A DNA stretch of 64,000 nucleotides, taken from NCBI RefSeq assembly GCF_006345805.1, contig NC_043003.1:68758001-68822000 (forward strand). The letters are read 5' to 3'. Shown in pieces: positions 39,561 to 54,276 of this stretch. How positions within the stretch are numbered: position 1 is the stretch's first letter; the number at the start of each line of letters is the position of its first letter. The position numbers and the translations under genes were made by a program. The stretch comes from Octopus sinensis. Its lineage: Eukaryota. The notes under the pieces are model-generated. The model searched no databases. It was not told the DNA's origin and saw nothing but the letters and a program-made list of their open reading frames with translations.

Positions 39561-40464
39561 CGTACATACACACACACACAGAGACAAAGATACATCCATA
39601 CATACATACATACGTACATGCATTCTTTTATACATATATACATACACACACATACGTTTGTATGTATGATTTTCTCAAGTGCAGAATATAAACCCGTCAC
39701 TAAAAATTAGCAAGACAGATCTTGGTTTGTGTTTGGGAATGTGTGTGCATGTATGCGCGCGCGTATGTGTGTGTGTGTGTGAATGTGAATGTGTTTGGAA
39801 GACTTTGATGTATGTGTACGTGCGTAGACAAACGCTCATCCATGTGTACTTCATGTGTGCACACATATGTGTGTGTGTGTGTGTGCTTTTGTGTGTGTCT
39901 GTATATGTTTGTACTCATGTAGTTGGTATTCATGCTTCTCTATTACACAAGTGTGTGCGTATGTATGTATGTATGTATGTATGTATGTATGTATGTATGT
40001 ATGTATACTTGCATATATGTATATATAGATGCATACGTGAATGTCAAAACGTACGTTTGCATGTATGTATGTATGTATGATGTGTGTAAGGTTTTCTTTC
40101 GAACTTATTTAAAATGTTTCCGATGCAGAATTTAAGCCGGTGACGACAAAGCTGACAAGATAACTCTTGAGGATTGCCAATTGGTGAATTTGCGTGTGCT
40201 TATTGGTAGGTTCTTCAATAACTAATCTGCTGTCATGTAGTTGGTGTTGAAGTCATTTTAGTACACCAGTATGTGTATGTATGTGTATGTATGTGTACGC
40301 ACGTGTGGGTGTGTGTTACGTGTGTGTATTCGTCTTCTGTCTTTCACTAGAATTCATGTTCTTATGTGTATACCTTTGTACGCCATGTGACCGAATGGTT
40401 GTTTGTATGTATTCATTCCAAGACCTTAAGTAGAGATTCTCTAAAATGCTTTATAAATTTGGTG

Positions 40465-40864
40465 TGGAACCTTGGGTAAGTATCTTCTACTAAAGCCTCG
40501 GCTCGGCCGAAACCTAGTCAGCGGATTTGGTATACGGAAACTAAAAGAAGCCCGTTATATACATATGTCAGTATCGTTGTTTGTCGCCTTCCTTCCCTAT
40601 TGACAACTGATGTAGATGTGTTTAGGTTCCTGTATTCTTCAAAGGGGTGCCCCAGCATGGCCGTAGCCTAATAACTGAAACAAGAAAATAATTTTTAAAA
40701 TAATTGGAAGGCACATGTGCAGCTGTATGAAAGAGGTTTGCGTCACAAATGTATGGTTCTGGGTTCAGTCCCACTGCGTGACGCCTTGGACAAGCGTCCA
40801 CTATTACACTATTATACCCACGGGTCGACTAAAATCGTGTGAGTTGAAACTAAAAGAAGCCTGT

Positions 40865-40913
<49 letters not shown>

Positions 40914-41190
40914 ACACATATTATATGTGCCTTTGAGTGTGTGTGTGTGTGTGAGTTTGTCCCCCACCACCACTTGACAAGATATGTTGGTGTATTAACG
41001 TCCCCGTAACCTATCGGTGAGGCAGAAGCTGGTGACAGAATAAATACCTGGTTTGAAACAACAAGCGCAGCCTTGGACAATTTTTAGTACGTAGTAGTTC
41101 GGCAGAAGTGATCGATTTATTCGACTAAAATTCTTCAAGGCTGTGCCCCAGCATGGCCAGAGTCTAATGACCGAAACAATTAAAAGATGA
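40465..41190 (+). mobile_element. Two tandem diverged SINE family A copies (40465-40690, 40709-41190)
   Basis: Two CCCAGCATGGCC..A(A/T)(A/G)AC(T/C)GAAAC tails and bodies. Confidence 0.8.
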
Positions 41191-41399
41191 AACATCACTA
41201 ATCGATTGTAATCAGTTTGCTTTCACTTGATTTGAAAATCCGACCATGTTGTTGCGTAACACATTGCACTTATGATAAAACATACAAACGTAAATCTATG
41301 GAACGGCCGTAAGAGATGAAATGTATGTTGATAGTTCTTCAAGGGTATTTCATGGCTGTATGCACATATGTGTCTGTATATTTGAAAGTATGTGTGTTT

Positions 41400-41629
41400 C
41401 TTCTATTTGTTTCAGTCATTTGACTGCGACCATGCAAGGGCACCGCCTCTAGTCGAACAAAACCCCAGGACTTCTTCTTTGTAAGCCTAGTAGTTATTCT
41501 ATCGTTCCTTAGGTCGAACCGCTACGTTAGACAGCAACATCGCTACGTAAACACAAGAATTTCTGTTGTCAAGCGATGGCGGGGGACAAACATAGACGCA
41601 CAAACATATTGTGTGTGTGTGTGTTTATG

Positions 41630-41667
<38 letters not shown>

Positions 41668-41867
41668 CATATATCGTATCAGGACAATTGTTCCCCAAGG
41701 ACAATTCCGCACCGATGACAACAACCTCCTATGACAATTAGTCCCCTTGGTTAATCACGACCCTCTCCAATATATTAAGAAGTTTTAAATCACCATCTAT
41801 TGTCCTATGGGGTAATTGTCCTAGTGGTGTGGGGTTGTTATTGTGTATGGTGGGGAAAATGCCCTTG

Positions 41868-41908
<41 letters not shown>

Positions 41909-41919
41909 TATATATATAT

Positions 41920-41980
<61 letters not shown>

Positions 41981-42013
41981 AATATATATATATATAGATA
42001 TATATATATATAT

Positions 42014-42082
<69 letters not shown>

Positions 42083-42280
42083 TATATATAATATATATAT
42101 ATATATATACATATATATTCGACCGGCTTCTTTCAGTTGCCGTCTACCAAATCCACCCACAAGAGTTTGGACGGCTCGAGTCTATAGTAGAAGACATTCG
42201 CGAAAAGTGCAACGCAGTGGCTTGGACGCGGAACCGTGTAATTGGTAGGCAAGCGACTTACCACACAGCCACTCCTGCGT
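41400..42280 (-). mobile_element. SINE family A with expanded (TA)n and a nested small element
   Basis: Tail at 41400-41450, head ending CCACACAGCCACTCCTGCG at ~42280. Confidence 0.85.
41680..41870. mobile_element. Small MITE-like element with iterated GACAAT motifs
   Basis: Four GACAA(T) motifs on the left, inverted ATTGTC motifs on the right; inside (TA)n. Confidence 0.5.
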
Positions 42281-42414
42281 GTGTATTATAATTTATTTTT
42301 ACTTTTTTATTTTTTGTAAAAAGGCGCATTTTTCTTGTTCAGTCACATAGCGTAGAAACCAGGGCCAGTGTATTTCAATATATGTGTGGTTCTGTGTGTG
42401 TGTATTCATATATT

Positions 42415-42905
<491 letters not shown>

Positions 42906-43552
42906 ACACACACACACACACACATACACAAACACATGCACATATATAAACACACACATATATAGATACTCATATATGTGTGTTTGTGATTTGTAACTAT
43001 ATTTCTCACCCCACCACCGCTTGACAACGGTTGTTGGTTTGTATACATCATATGTAACTTAACTGTTTAGAAAAGAGGAAACCGGCCGAAAATAAGTGCC
43101 AGACTTAACAAAGAAGCAAAGACATTAATACTCGGGTCGCTTTTTTCAATTAAACCTTTTCATTGCGATGCCCCAGCATAGCCGCATTCATATAACCGAA
43201 ATACGGGAAAACATGTGCATTAGATAAATCGGTGAACTGGAAGGGTTCATTCACTTTAAAAAGGATGAGAGAGGTTGAAGCAGATACATAAAGCAGTAGG
43301 GGGCAAGTCAGTTTTAAATATAAACATTCAGAAATTTTCCTTCCATGAGACCCCAAAATATTAAAATATGCAAAAATATGCATATATTTGCATCTCTGGG
43401 CATTTATGAATTATATTTACATGAATTTTATCGAACGAAGATAATTATATTTGCATCGGTTTTCCTTTTAGGTGAAAATAATTATATTTACACGTATTGT
43501 GTTTTATAGGTACGTATATGTGTGCATGTATGTATATATGTATATATATATA

Positions 43553-43598
<46 letters not shown>

Positions 43599-43615
43599 AA
43601 TATTTATATATATAT

Positions 43616-43701
<86 letters not shown>

Positions 43702-43719
43702 GTATATATATCTACATAT

Positions 43720-43752
<33 letters not shown>

Positions 43753-44214
43753 CATATGTAGAAAGAGACGGAAACTAATCATCATATACCAATTCTGTTT
43801 ATCCTGAAGGCTTTTACTATTCCATCTATTTATTTATTCATTCATTCACGTTAACAGCGAGTAACCTTTATGCAAGTCACCACTAATCAATTAATTTTTT
43901 CCTGTCTTTCTTGAAACAATAAATAAATATAACTTACTCTTTTCACAGCGGTTAGGAAAATGAAATGGTGAACTTTGTCAGGCTGCTTTTCTCTTCTTCC
44001 CACAAAGTGTAGACAACGTGGTTTACTCATAGTGTCAATTTTTTTACCGTGAAGCTCAATTTGTAGGTTATTTTATATTTTAACATATGTATAAAGGAAA
44101 ACTGTATCAGTATAAAACTTATTGATTGCTACATATTGTCAATGATTTCACAATTGAACAAATCAGAGAAGGACATTTTAATTCTATCCAGAGCTTATTT
44201 ACAAACATATATAA

Positions 44215-45090
44215 GTTACTATTCCGGTTAAAGATGAAAAATCTACCACCTAGGAAAAGATAAAGAACTTTGAAATGGATCTCTTCGATCTCACCATTTC
44301 ATAATCACAACGATAAAATAGAATTACCCACAAAATAGAATTGCCCTTTTATATCAAGCCTAAATATCAAATCAAGTATTTTTAACGTTTGTGATCATCA
44401 AATTTAACCACTCTGACGAAAATTGTGTTACATACCGCGGTGAAATTTGCTAAGAACTATTTGCAATAGAGGACGATAGCGATATAATTAAAATAACACA
44501 TATAATTAAAACAACAACATCACTAACGGTATTCGCTCGTAGATTTATAATTTTCAAATGCCATTAATATCATAAACGTACAATGAAAACAGGTTGCCAG
44601 TAATAGACAGACTATTGACTGCGCTTTTAGACTTTAGTCTTTAAAAATCATAGACACTAACCTTACTACTGTAGACTTCCATTACTTTAGACTAGATTTT
44701 ACAAGCTGTTTGCAAAACCTCTCAAGAAACCAAGCGAAACACGCTCCTTCATTAACATGTACGTTATGCAAACTCGATCCCGCAGCATCAGAAAAGGACT
44801 CTGAATCTTGTCGGAAATAAAAAAAAAATTGAGAAGCCTTATCCCTGCTAAAATAAACTTTACTAGCAAGCAGATTCAAGGCAAGAAGATGGATTGGCTA
44901 CCACACTACGCGCAACAGACAAATATGAGGCACCATAATATTACATGATTTATTCTACCACTTTTCCCCAATTTAATGTATATATAACTCTAATAGACAA
45001 AAGCTTCCCTCCTCACAAGATATAAAATCATTTTAAAAGGAAGGTTCTTAAAATTTGCTAAGGCTGCCAAATAATCAGAATTTGCACGCG
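44215..45090 (+). pseudogene. Highly decayed Penelope-like reverse transcriptase remnant
   Basis: KNFEMDLFDL (~44265) and TLIDKSFPPH..FKRKVLKIC (~44990-45060) resemble PLE motifs FExDLxxL and LIDKHFPPxH..IFNRxxxKISY. Confidence 0.45.
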
Positions 45091-45803
45091 CTCATCAAAG
45101 ACAGCGAATTCAAACATTCATTATCAAGGAAGCTCTAATTTATGCGGAACAAGACATTTCCTGTCGAAAACGGACAGCGGACTCACAACTACTTCGTAAA
45201 TATAACAGAATACAAATTAACGGACAATGAAAGAACGGAGTTATGGGCTAGTCATCTATTTCGTTAATTAACTTTATGAGATACTCCTAAAATATTCACA
45301 TACATTCGATTAACAGACTTCATTTTCATATTTCAATTATTTTCACGTCGTCTTTGGTTATGAAGGATATTTTAATGGCACGAGCTAAAGCGCTATTCAC
45401 TAAAACGATATTTGCATCAGAAGGCTTTGATTTATGTCACAAAACCTCCTCCAACACACCGATATATGTACGTATGTATGTATGCAATAAATTTATTGAT
45501 CAACAGCAAGGAGTTCAATATAAGATATACAGAGCAATATACACATTTATAAACAACGATTTGATGTCTAAAAGGAATAGTGATATCACAGTAAATAAAT
45601 CATATATCACTTTCTCGCTGTAAAGGTAGAGAGGTATGACTCATTTACTGCAAGCGAGTCCGTTGTTGTGATGATGTTTCATTATAAATTGCTGTTTGCA
45701 CACGTTTAAAGGCGCATATACAAGCATGTTTCAATGTTTCAATATGTAAACATCTGTACATGTATAAACGTGTAAATATATAGGCATAGACACGTATATA
45801 TAT

Positions 45804-45837
<34 letters not shown>

Positions 45838-46175
45838 AACATAGATAAATACATCCATATACACACACACGTATGTATGCATAATCACAATAGATGTCAC
45901 TTTACTCTGTAAATTGTTTTAAGAGTTGATAGTTTACAGAACTAACACACAACACTATTTCGTCACGGACCCCTCTTCCTCTTTCTTGAATATACACACA
46001 CACACATATATATATATATATAATATATATAATATATATATATATATATACACATACATATATGTGTGTATATATATATGTACATATATATATATATACA
46101 TATATACATATATATACATATATATATACTTATATATACATACATATACATATATATGCATATATACATACATAT

Positions 46176-46221
<46 letters not shown>

Positions 46222-47010
46222 TATATATATGTATGTATGCATGTATATGTACGCATGTATGTATGTGTGTATTTATGCACCAGTGCGGGAAAGTATGTTT
46301 ATCTAACAAAAGCAGAGCTTTTAAATAGCTCTTATGCGGCTCTAAACTAACCGGCTTTAACACAGAGTCATAAATGTCACGGTCAATTAAACCCATGTTT
46401 GTAATGCTGAACAGTAGCCTCTGTTAGTGGTTGCTCTACTTCCTAGAAATAGCCGCCAAAACTGTTTCATTTTAACTCTACTGTCGTTCGTCAAAAAGGC
46501 TACTGTAGATAATATAGTCATTCATAATCTAAACATGTATTTGTAATGGCTAGAACGAATTTCTTAAGTCAAAATCATTTTTCATCTGAGAAACACAGAG
46601 ACTAACGTACAGTAGCATAAAACTGTCCTACCTACATAAAACAGGTTCAAACTTAAGAAATTACATATTTATAACAGTTTCGTTGAAAATTTCCAATGAT
46701 CAGTGGGCATGTGTTTAATATGCTTTCTTTTATTGCATTTATTTATTTTCTTGGGACATAGAGAATAGTCACTCTTTGAAATACTAAAATTACTGGTTTC
46801 ATGGTACAATTTGAATTAGATCCTCTGAAGCATTTGATCTATGTAAACATAATGCAATAGTATTTCGCTGTGGAACTTTTGGTGTTCAACGTCCACTTCT
46901 GCTTGGTACACCCACTACAGACGATCAAAATGGCAACAATGGTGAAACGTAATTAGGGAACAAATTACCTTGGGAATGAACAGTATCTTGTGCTTCTTAT
47001 TTGAATATAT

Positions 47011-47190
47011 GTGGAAGCATGGCTTAGAGGTTAGAGCAGCGGACTCGCAGTCGAGGGACAGTGGGTTCGAATCTCAGACCAGGTGACGTGTGTGTTTATG
47101 AGTGAAACATCTAAGTTCCACGCGGCTCCGCCAGAAGGAAATGGCCAACTTCTGCTGACTCTTTCGCCACACTCTTTCCTCCTGTGTCTA
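47011..47190 (+). mobile_element. SINE family C-related 5' part
   Basis: TGGCTTAGAGGTTAGAGCAGCGGACTCGCAGTCG..GGTTCGAATC. Confidence 0.75.
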
Positions 47191-47214
47191 GTAGCTTGGT
47201 ACCAGTGATGTCAC

Positions 47215-47355
47215 AACTCATTTCTACAACTGAGTGGAATGGACCAGCGTAAAATAAAATGTCTTACTCAAGAACACAACACATAGCCCGGTCTCGAACT
47301 CAGTAACTCATGATTGCGAGCCTGATTCTCTAACCATTGAGCCATGCACCTTCAA
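47215..47355 (-). mobile_element. tRNA-SINE fragment (family D-like)
   Basis: TGTCTTACTCAAGAACACAAC core; CTAACCATTGAGCCATGCACCTTC is the reversed head. Confidence 0.7.
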
Positions 47356-47370
47356 CCATAAACACACACA

Positions 47371-47527
<157 letters not shown>

Positions 47528-48547
47528 TTATATTTATATGTGTGTATGCGCATATGTATATATATGTATATATTATATACACTCACACGAACACGCAGAC
47601 ATACACACACACACACACACATAGATATACATAACAATGAGTGTTTGTGCGTACGTGTGCATGAAAAGTGAAGAACTAAAGTTTACCAATAAGTCGATAT
47701 TCGGTGACAAGAATCACAAGAAAGAAAGAGATATACGAGTAGAGGTATGACGAATGATAATATTGCAAAGAAGACGAATGAAGGCAGAAGCTAGAAAAAT
47801 ATATAGTGTGGCTCAAAAAAAAAACGAGTAAAAGAATAGCTAAAGTGATACAAAAAAGAAAATGTTGACCAAACAAAAATAAAGAGATTAGTTGCTGGAA
47901 ATATATCTACGGTTGTTGTTGTCTGATATATTGAAGTATCAACACGAGAATGAATGTAAATATTAAAAATAGATTGAAAGGCAACAATAATTAAAGCATC
48001 CAACAAGAATACGTTCCCAAATAATATTTACTGCTTCAGTCTTGTAGATATATGAATATTGTTTGCCAATTCCATAATACTAAATATTTCTTATCAGAGT
48101 GTCTTTCACGTGGTAAAGTCAATAACTGCTGTCAAAACCGTAAAATCCGATTATCTATCTGTATGAAAAACAGCTCCATATCTTGGTGGAATTTTGAACA
48201 ATCTAAAAAAATCATAATAAACACTTCAAAGGCAAGATATATCTTACATCTATACTGTTTCCTCTGCTTCAGTGAGAGCTCAGACAACTTTCTTACTAAG
48301 TCGTGGTCTATACTGTTGTACGCTCATGGTCAAAACTTATTATGCAGTCTACTGCTGGAGAACCCCAAGACCCTCTATTTGTTTTACCAATTTCACATAG
48401 TTGATTCCTTATTGGCCACAATTACTGGAACATGTAAGCTGAGTAAGGAAAGATACAACCCTCAAAATATGACTAATTTATAACAGAACTTCAGAGAATT
48501 GAACTTTTATTCTTACGCTTTCAAATGTTAAACGTTGAAAGTGTATA

Positions 48548-48660
48548 TTATTTACATTTGACGGATATTTGTCCTCATCTTGTTTGTCGTTAGCACAACG
48601 TTTCGGCTGATATACCTTCCAGCCTTCATCAGTGACCTGAATAACAACAACAACAACAAC

Positions 48661-48732
<72 letters not shown>

Positions 48733-48951
48733 AATAATAATAACAACAACAACAACTACAACATCGAAAAGTACCTTAGGAATGAAAACCCAGGTTCGAA
48801 ATTTTCCCAAGAAACCTGATGAAAGCTGGAGGGTATATCAGCCGAAACGTTATGTTAACAACAAACATGATGAGGGAAAATATCTGTCGAATGAAATAAT
48901 GTACATAATGTACATAAGACCTCATCCCTTATATATAGAACTGTGTTGAAA
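48548..48951. mobile_element. Hammerhead palindromic element, copy 2
   Basis: Inverted 3' part 48548-48632 joined at CTGATGA to a plus copy truncated just after the tRNA head; HHR cores at 48626-48632(-) and 48816-48822(+). Confidence 0.85.
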
Positions 48952-50018
48952 GTATAGATCCTCAACAAGCAGCAGTACATGATATAATATTCCTTCCAGT
49001 AGTCAGCATGACATTCAAAGGAGAGTGAAACATTCATGTTATATCTTCCACAAATTTTTAGGAATGCAGACGATAAAATACTTTTGACTTTCATGTTTGT
49101 TCATGAAATCAAGGGACTTATTTTATCCTTTTAAACACACCTTACTTATTTGCTGATCATATCAATTACATATTATTCTATCATACATATTATTCTATCA
49201 GGATAGCGACCAAAATCAAACATCAGCCTTAAATAAATGGCGAAATTAACCGCATTATTCAAACAGATAATTGCGATTAAAAGAAACTTCCATCAATGCA
49301 GTGTTGATTACTTGTTTTCTTGTTCAGTATATATCTTTGCACATGGGAACGTACCCCACGAGAGGTTTTTTTTACCGAGCTCCCTTCTTTTTGTTTCCTT
49401 CTCTCTCCCCTCAGTCTCTCCTGTATTTTCATTTCCTACCAAACGAGAGACTATGTCCCAAGCGTTATACCTTTATTTTATGATATTTAATACGTAACTT
49501 TTCTTCTTTCTTTGAGTTCCATCCTAATAATATTAAATTTGAACATCCCTAATACGTTCATGATATTTTGTTGTGGCATTTGCTTTGATATACACACCTA
49601 CAGGTGTGTGCGTATGCGTGTGCGTGCGCATGCGCGCGTAAGTGTATATGTCATGCACATACTCAACCAGATCATTTACAATTTTTGAAACAATATACTG
49701 ACATTTTTTTTATTAAAGACCAAAAGTGCTTGTATGTCAAAACAGTAATAAATGTTTCCTGACGGCTATGTTTCTGCAAGTGATACTGTGATATTTAAAT
49801 ATATAAACAAATATAACATTTCACCGTGGTTATAAACAATAAAAGCCCAGCGGATGAAGCAAGTGAACGAATACAAATGGAAGATAAAACCAAAATGTAA
49901 CACGAAGAACATTAAAAGAAAACTTATCCATTTTTGTGTAGTTAGAGGAGATTTTTTTCTACTGACATTTTTTAAAGTTTAGCCGACATGAGCGTAATGG
50001 TGTGTGCGTATACAGACA

Positions 50019-50119
<101 letters not shown>

Positions 50120-50800
50120 AAAATGGAGGAGAAATGTAGTGGATACTTAGGTAATTTTAATACAGATAAGATTCAGGATGTAAAGGAAGCGAATAAACAA
50201 TAGAAATAAATTTTTCAATCCGACCATTAGGTTCAGATCATCACCATTCAAGCGATGTTAGATGTAAAATAACCACACATCATGTCCGAATCTCGTCAGG
50301 GAGTGATGTTTACTTTCTGCTGATATATATGGGCGGTGAAGATTGATAGCTAGATAAGTAGACTAATACATAGACAGACCGACAAATAGAAATACACAAC
50401 TGATCATACATGTACATAAGCACGCACACGCACGCACCCCCACACAAGCACACATACACAAACACACAAACACACACAATGTGTATGAGTATGAACAGGT
50501 ATATCTGTATGACAATTTGTATAGATATCATTATATCTATACCTATATATACATTAATAAACATGGCTTCTAGATCTAAACCAGTGAGTCTCAACCAGAT
50601 GTACTCTAGATGTTCTCATTGCAAGAAACAACTAGATTTTCTTTATATAATGCTTAACTTATTCAAGAACAGTTTTTTGACAGTGAGCAATGTTCCCTCA
50701 AAGAGTGGTACTGAAAACCTAAACAAATGAATGAGTGAAAAGCAAAACAGGAATTTTCACATAAATGTTTATGAAAATGATTTTTAAACATCGAAATGTT

Positions 50801-51207
50801 AGGCGCAGGCGTAGCTGTGTGTTAGGAAGCTTGTTTGCCAACCACATCGTTCAGATTTCAGTACCACCTTCGGCAAATATCTTCTACTATAGCCTCGGGT
50901 CGATCAAAGCCTTGTGATTGGATTTGGTAGACAGAAACTGAAAGAAGCCCGTCATATATATGTGTGTGTGTCATATATATGTGTGTGTGAGAGTGTCTAT
51001 GTGTGTGTCTTCTGTTTGTCTTTGTCTTACCCACTACCGGTGCTGGCGTATTTACGCCCCCGTAAAATAGCAGTTCGACAGAAGTGATCGATAGAATAAG
51101 TACCAAGCTTGAAAAAAGTAAGTACTGGGGTTGCTTCACTCGACTAAAAAATGTTTAAGGTGGTGCCCCAGCATGGCCGCAGTCTAATGACTGAAACAAG
51201 CAAAAGA
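50801..51207 (+). mobile_element. SINE family A
   Basis: AGGCGCAGGCGTAGCTGTGT head to GCAGTCTAATGACTGAAAC tail. Confidence 0.9.
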
Positions 51208-51324
51208 AGTGAAACAATGAAATACAAAATGAGAATTTCCAAAGAATCCATAGAAAAGCATTTTAAACATGGAATCGTTATGCGGGGTTCCACTAGAAAG
51301 AAATAGTAATCCGACACTCCTACA

Positions 51325-51516
51325 TTTAAGAGACGAGGAATTATTTACATTATTTAATTTATTTACATTTGACGGATATTTGTCCTCATCTTTCTTATTG
51401 TTAACACAATCTTTCGGCTGATATACACTCCAGCCTTCATCAGGCGTCTTGGGGAAAATTTCTAATCTGGGTTCTCATTCCTAACGTATTTTTCAATGTT
51501 ATTCCACACAGTGACT

Positions 51517-51574
<58 letters not shown>

Positions 51575-51641
51575 TAATAATAATAATAATAATAATAATA
51601 ACATTGAAAAATACCTTAGGAATGAGAACCCAGGTTCAAAA
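51325..51641. mobile_element. Hammerhead palindromic element, copy 3
   Basis: Minus arm with GACGC-CTGATGA-AGGCTG..CAGCC-GAAA (core 51437-51443); plus arm (AAT)n..GAGAACCCAGGTTC. Confidence 0.85.
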
Positions 51642-51738
51642 TGGAAATGATGAAAATATAGGGATCAAACAGTTCCATAGCTAAAAAATAAATCGATGAA
51701 AACAACTGATATAAACTAACACTGTAGATGTTGATGTC

Positions 51739-52060
51739 GAAGGCGCGTGGCTTAGTGGTTAGGGAATTCGGCTCACAATTCTAAGGTCGTGAGTTCAATT
51801 CCCGGTGACGTGTTGTATCCCTGAGCAAGACACTTTATTTCATGTTGCTCCACTCCACTCAGCTGGCAAAAATGAATTGTACCTGCATTCCAAAGAGGCC
51901 AGCCTTGTCACACTCTCTGTCACGCTGAATCTGCTTGAGAACTACGTTAAGGGTACACGTATCTCTGGATTGCTCAGCTACTTGCACATTAACTTCACAA
52001 GCAAGCTTTTCCGTTGATCGTATCAGCTGGGACACTCGTCGTAACCGACGGAGTGCTCCT
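51739..52060 (+). mobile_element. SINE family D (best preserved copy)
   Basis: GAAGGCGCGTGGCTTAGTGGTTAGG A-box, GAGTTCAATTCC B-box, CCTGAGCAAGACACTT core. Confidence 0.9.
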
Positions 52061-53274
52061 TTTTTTTTAGCTATTGAAAGTAAATAAATTATGCAGTTTA
52101 TTCTCAGTCAAAAGAAAATATTTCAGATTGCATGAAACCTTACGACTTCGTTGCTTTTCCTGCAAGTTGTTTTTTGCATCTATTTAGTTTTTTTATAAAC
52201 CCATACATTTGCAATTACTTTCATACACGCGTATAGAAAAATGTAGACGCGTACACATGCACACATACAGGGTTGCACATACGTACACACACACATGTAT
52301 GTGTTTGAGTGTGTATGTGGGGGATGGGGGGTTTAGCGTGTGTATATTCTGGATGCTAAAAGCTTCTCGTTATACTACAAACGTGTATAAAAGACACTAA
52401 TATATTATCACACTTAAATATTCAGTCCCGCTTTCTCTCTCTCCTCTCGCTCTCGCTCTCTCACCCACACGCACCTTCCCGCTCTCTCTATCTCTATCTA
52501 TCTCTTTTCATAAATACACATCGCTCCCCTCTGTCACATTCCTTGGCATTCTCTTTCTTTAATCTCACTACTTTCCTCTATTACCTCCCTTGTACCTGCC
52601 CCTCTCTCTCTCTCTAGTTCTTTCCTCAATCCCTCCGCTCCCCAACTCTCTCTGATCCTTCTTTCTTGGTTTGACCGCCGCTCGCACAACACCTTTTTTC
52701 CTGTCCCCTGACTCTCACCTATGTTTGTTGCCTTAAGGCTTCCACTTCACACGCCAGCTTAACTCAACTTGTCCCTTTAGGCGAAAGACACCTGTTGTTC
52801 TTGTTAGCATTTGTAATCGTGTAACATTTTCTCCGTTTATTCGTTATTTGTCCGTGTTGTCAAACATATTAGCCCGCTTTCTTCCAAAAATTGAATGCCC
52901 TTAGCTTAGATTTTTGGGGCTTACTAATTTTGAACATTCTCAAACTGTAGTGATAACTGGAAGCTTGACTGATGAATAGAAAGCTACGAATGTTCCGTCC
53001 TGATTATTTCGTATCCGTCTTTGTATTTTTTTTATTGTTGTCCGTTACGTTCCCGTTTCGTTATATATATATATAATATATATATATATAAAGTAGGTGG
53101 CTAGATGAGATTCAAGACCAAAATAGAAATAATTCACAATCACTAAAATGCGACGAAGGGGGAAGGGATCACGAGCATTGCTAGAAATAGCAGTCAAAGA
53201 ACTCTTTGGCCACAAAAGCAATGTGCTTACTTCTAGCACTCTGCACACTTTTTCAACGCATTTAGTACATTATT

Positions 53275-53507
53275 CTTTTATTCATTTATTTGTTTTAGTC
53301 ATCTGACTGCGGCAAAGCTGGAGCACCGCCTTTAGTCGAGCAAATTGACCCCAGAACTTATTCTCTGTTAACCTAGTACTTATTCTATCGGATTGTTTTG
53401 CCAAATCGCTAAGTTACGGGGACGTAAAAACACCATCATCGGCTGTCAAGCGATGTTGGGTGTAAAAACACAGACACGCAAACACACACACACATGCGTA
53501 TACATAT

Positions 53508-53540
<33 letters not shown>

Positions 53541-53704
53541 CGTCGGTCTTCTTTCCGTTTCCGTCTACCAAATCCACTCACAAGGCTTTGGTCAGCCCGA
53601 GGCTATAGTAGAAGACACTTGCCCTACGTTCCCCGCAGTGGGACTGAACCCAGAACCATATGGTTGGTAAGCAAGCTACGTACCACGCACACACTCCTGC
53701 GCAT
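53275..53704 (-). mobile_element. SINE family A (full length)
   Basis: Reverse match to 546-950 and 9714-10497. Confidence 0.9.
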
Positions 53705-54215
53705 ATAGAATCTATACCTAATATGATCACAAACAGAATCATGTTTAGGAGTGTGTGTTAAAGCATATATACATCTGTGTAAGATTACGCGTGTATATGT
53801 GTGCGCTTGCGCGTGCGTGTGTGCGTGCCCACATCTGTGTGTGTGAGTGGAGGGCAGGGTGAGTTTCAGTGCTATATCCGAAGTTCCCTGGAACTTACAG
53901 AGCTGTCAATTTACACTGGTTTCCCGGTTCCCGGGTTTATAGAAACACCAACCAGTACAGAATTCTGTATTAATTATGCCCAGTGCAGGATTGCTATCAC
54001 GCGCATCAAACCTCTTCTAAGAGCAGAAACGAAATGTGTATAAACACAGCCATCATTATTGTTTCACCAATTTATTTATTTAGTTCGTTTATGTTCGTAG
54101 AATCGTGGTCGGTGCATTACGCTGGATTCACTTCTTACAGCAGATAATTGACATTCCTCTAGCGCTCTTTGGTTATACATTCTAATACGTTTACTATGTA
54201 CACCCATACAGGAAA

Positions 54216-54276
<61 letters not shown>

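Noticed and set aside
43930-44060. Minus-strand donor GA|GTAAGT with a short open frame (MSKPRCLHF..VKR)
   Set aside because: No acceptor, no homology; expected by chance
48052-48483. 143-aa plus-strand ORF
   Set aside because: No recognisable domain; opposite strand weakly resembles a decayed RTE LINE
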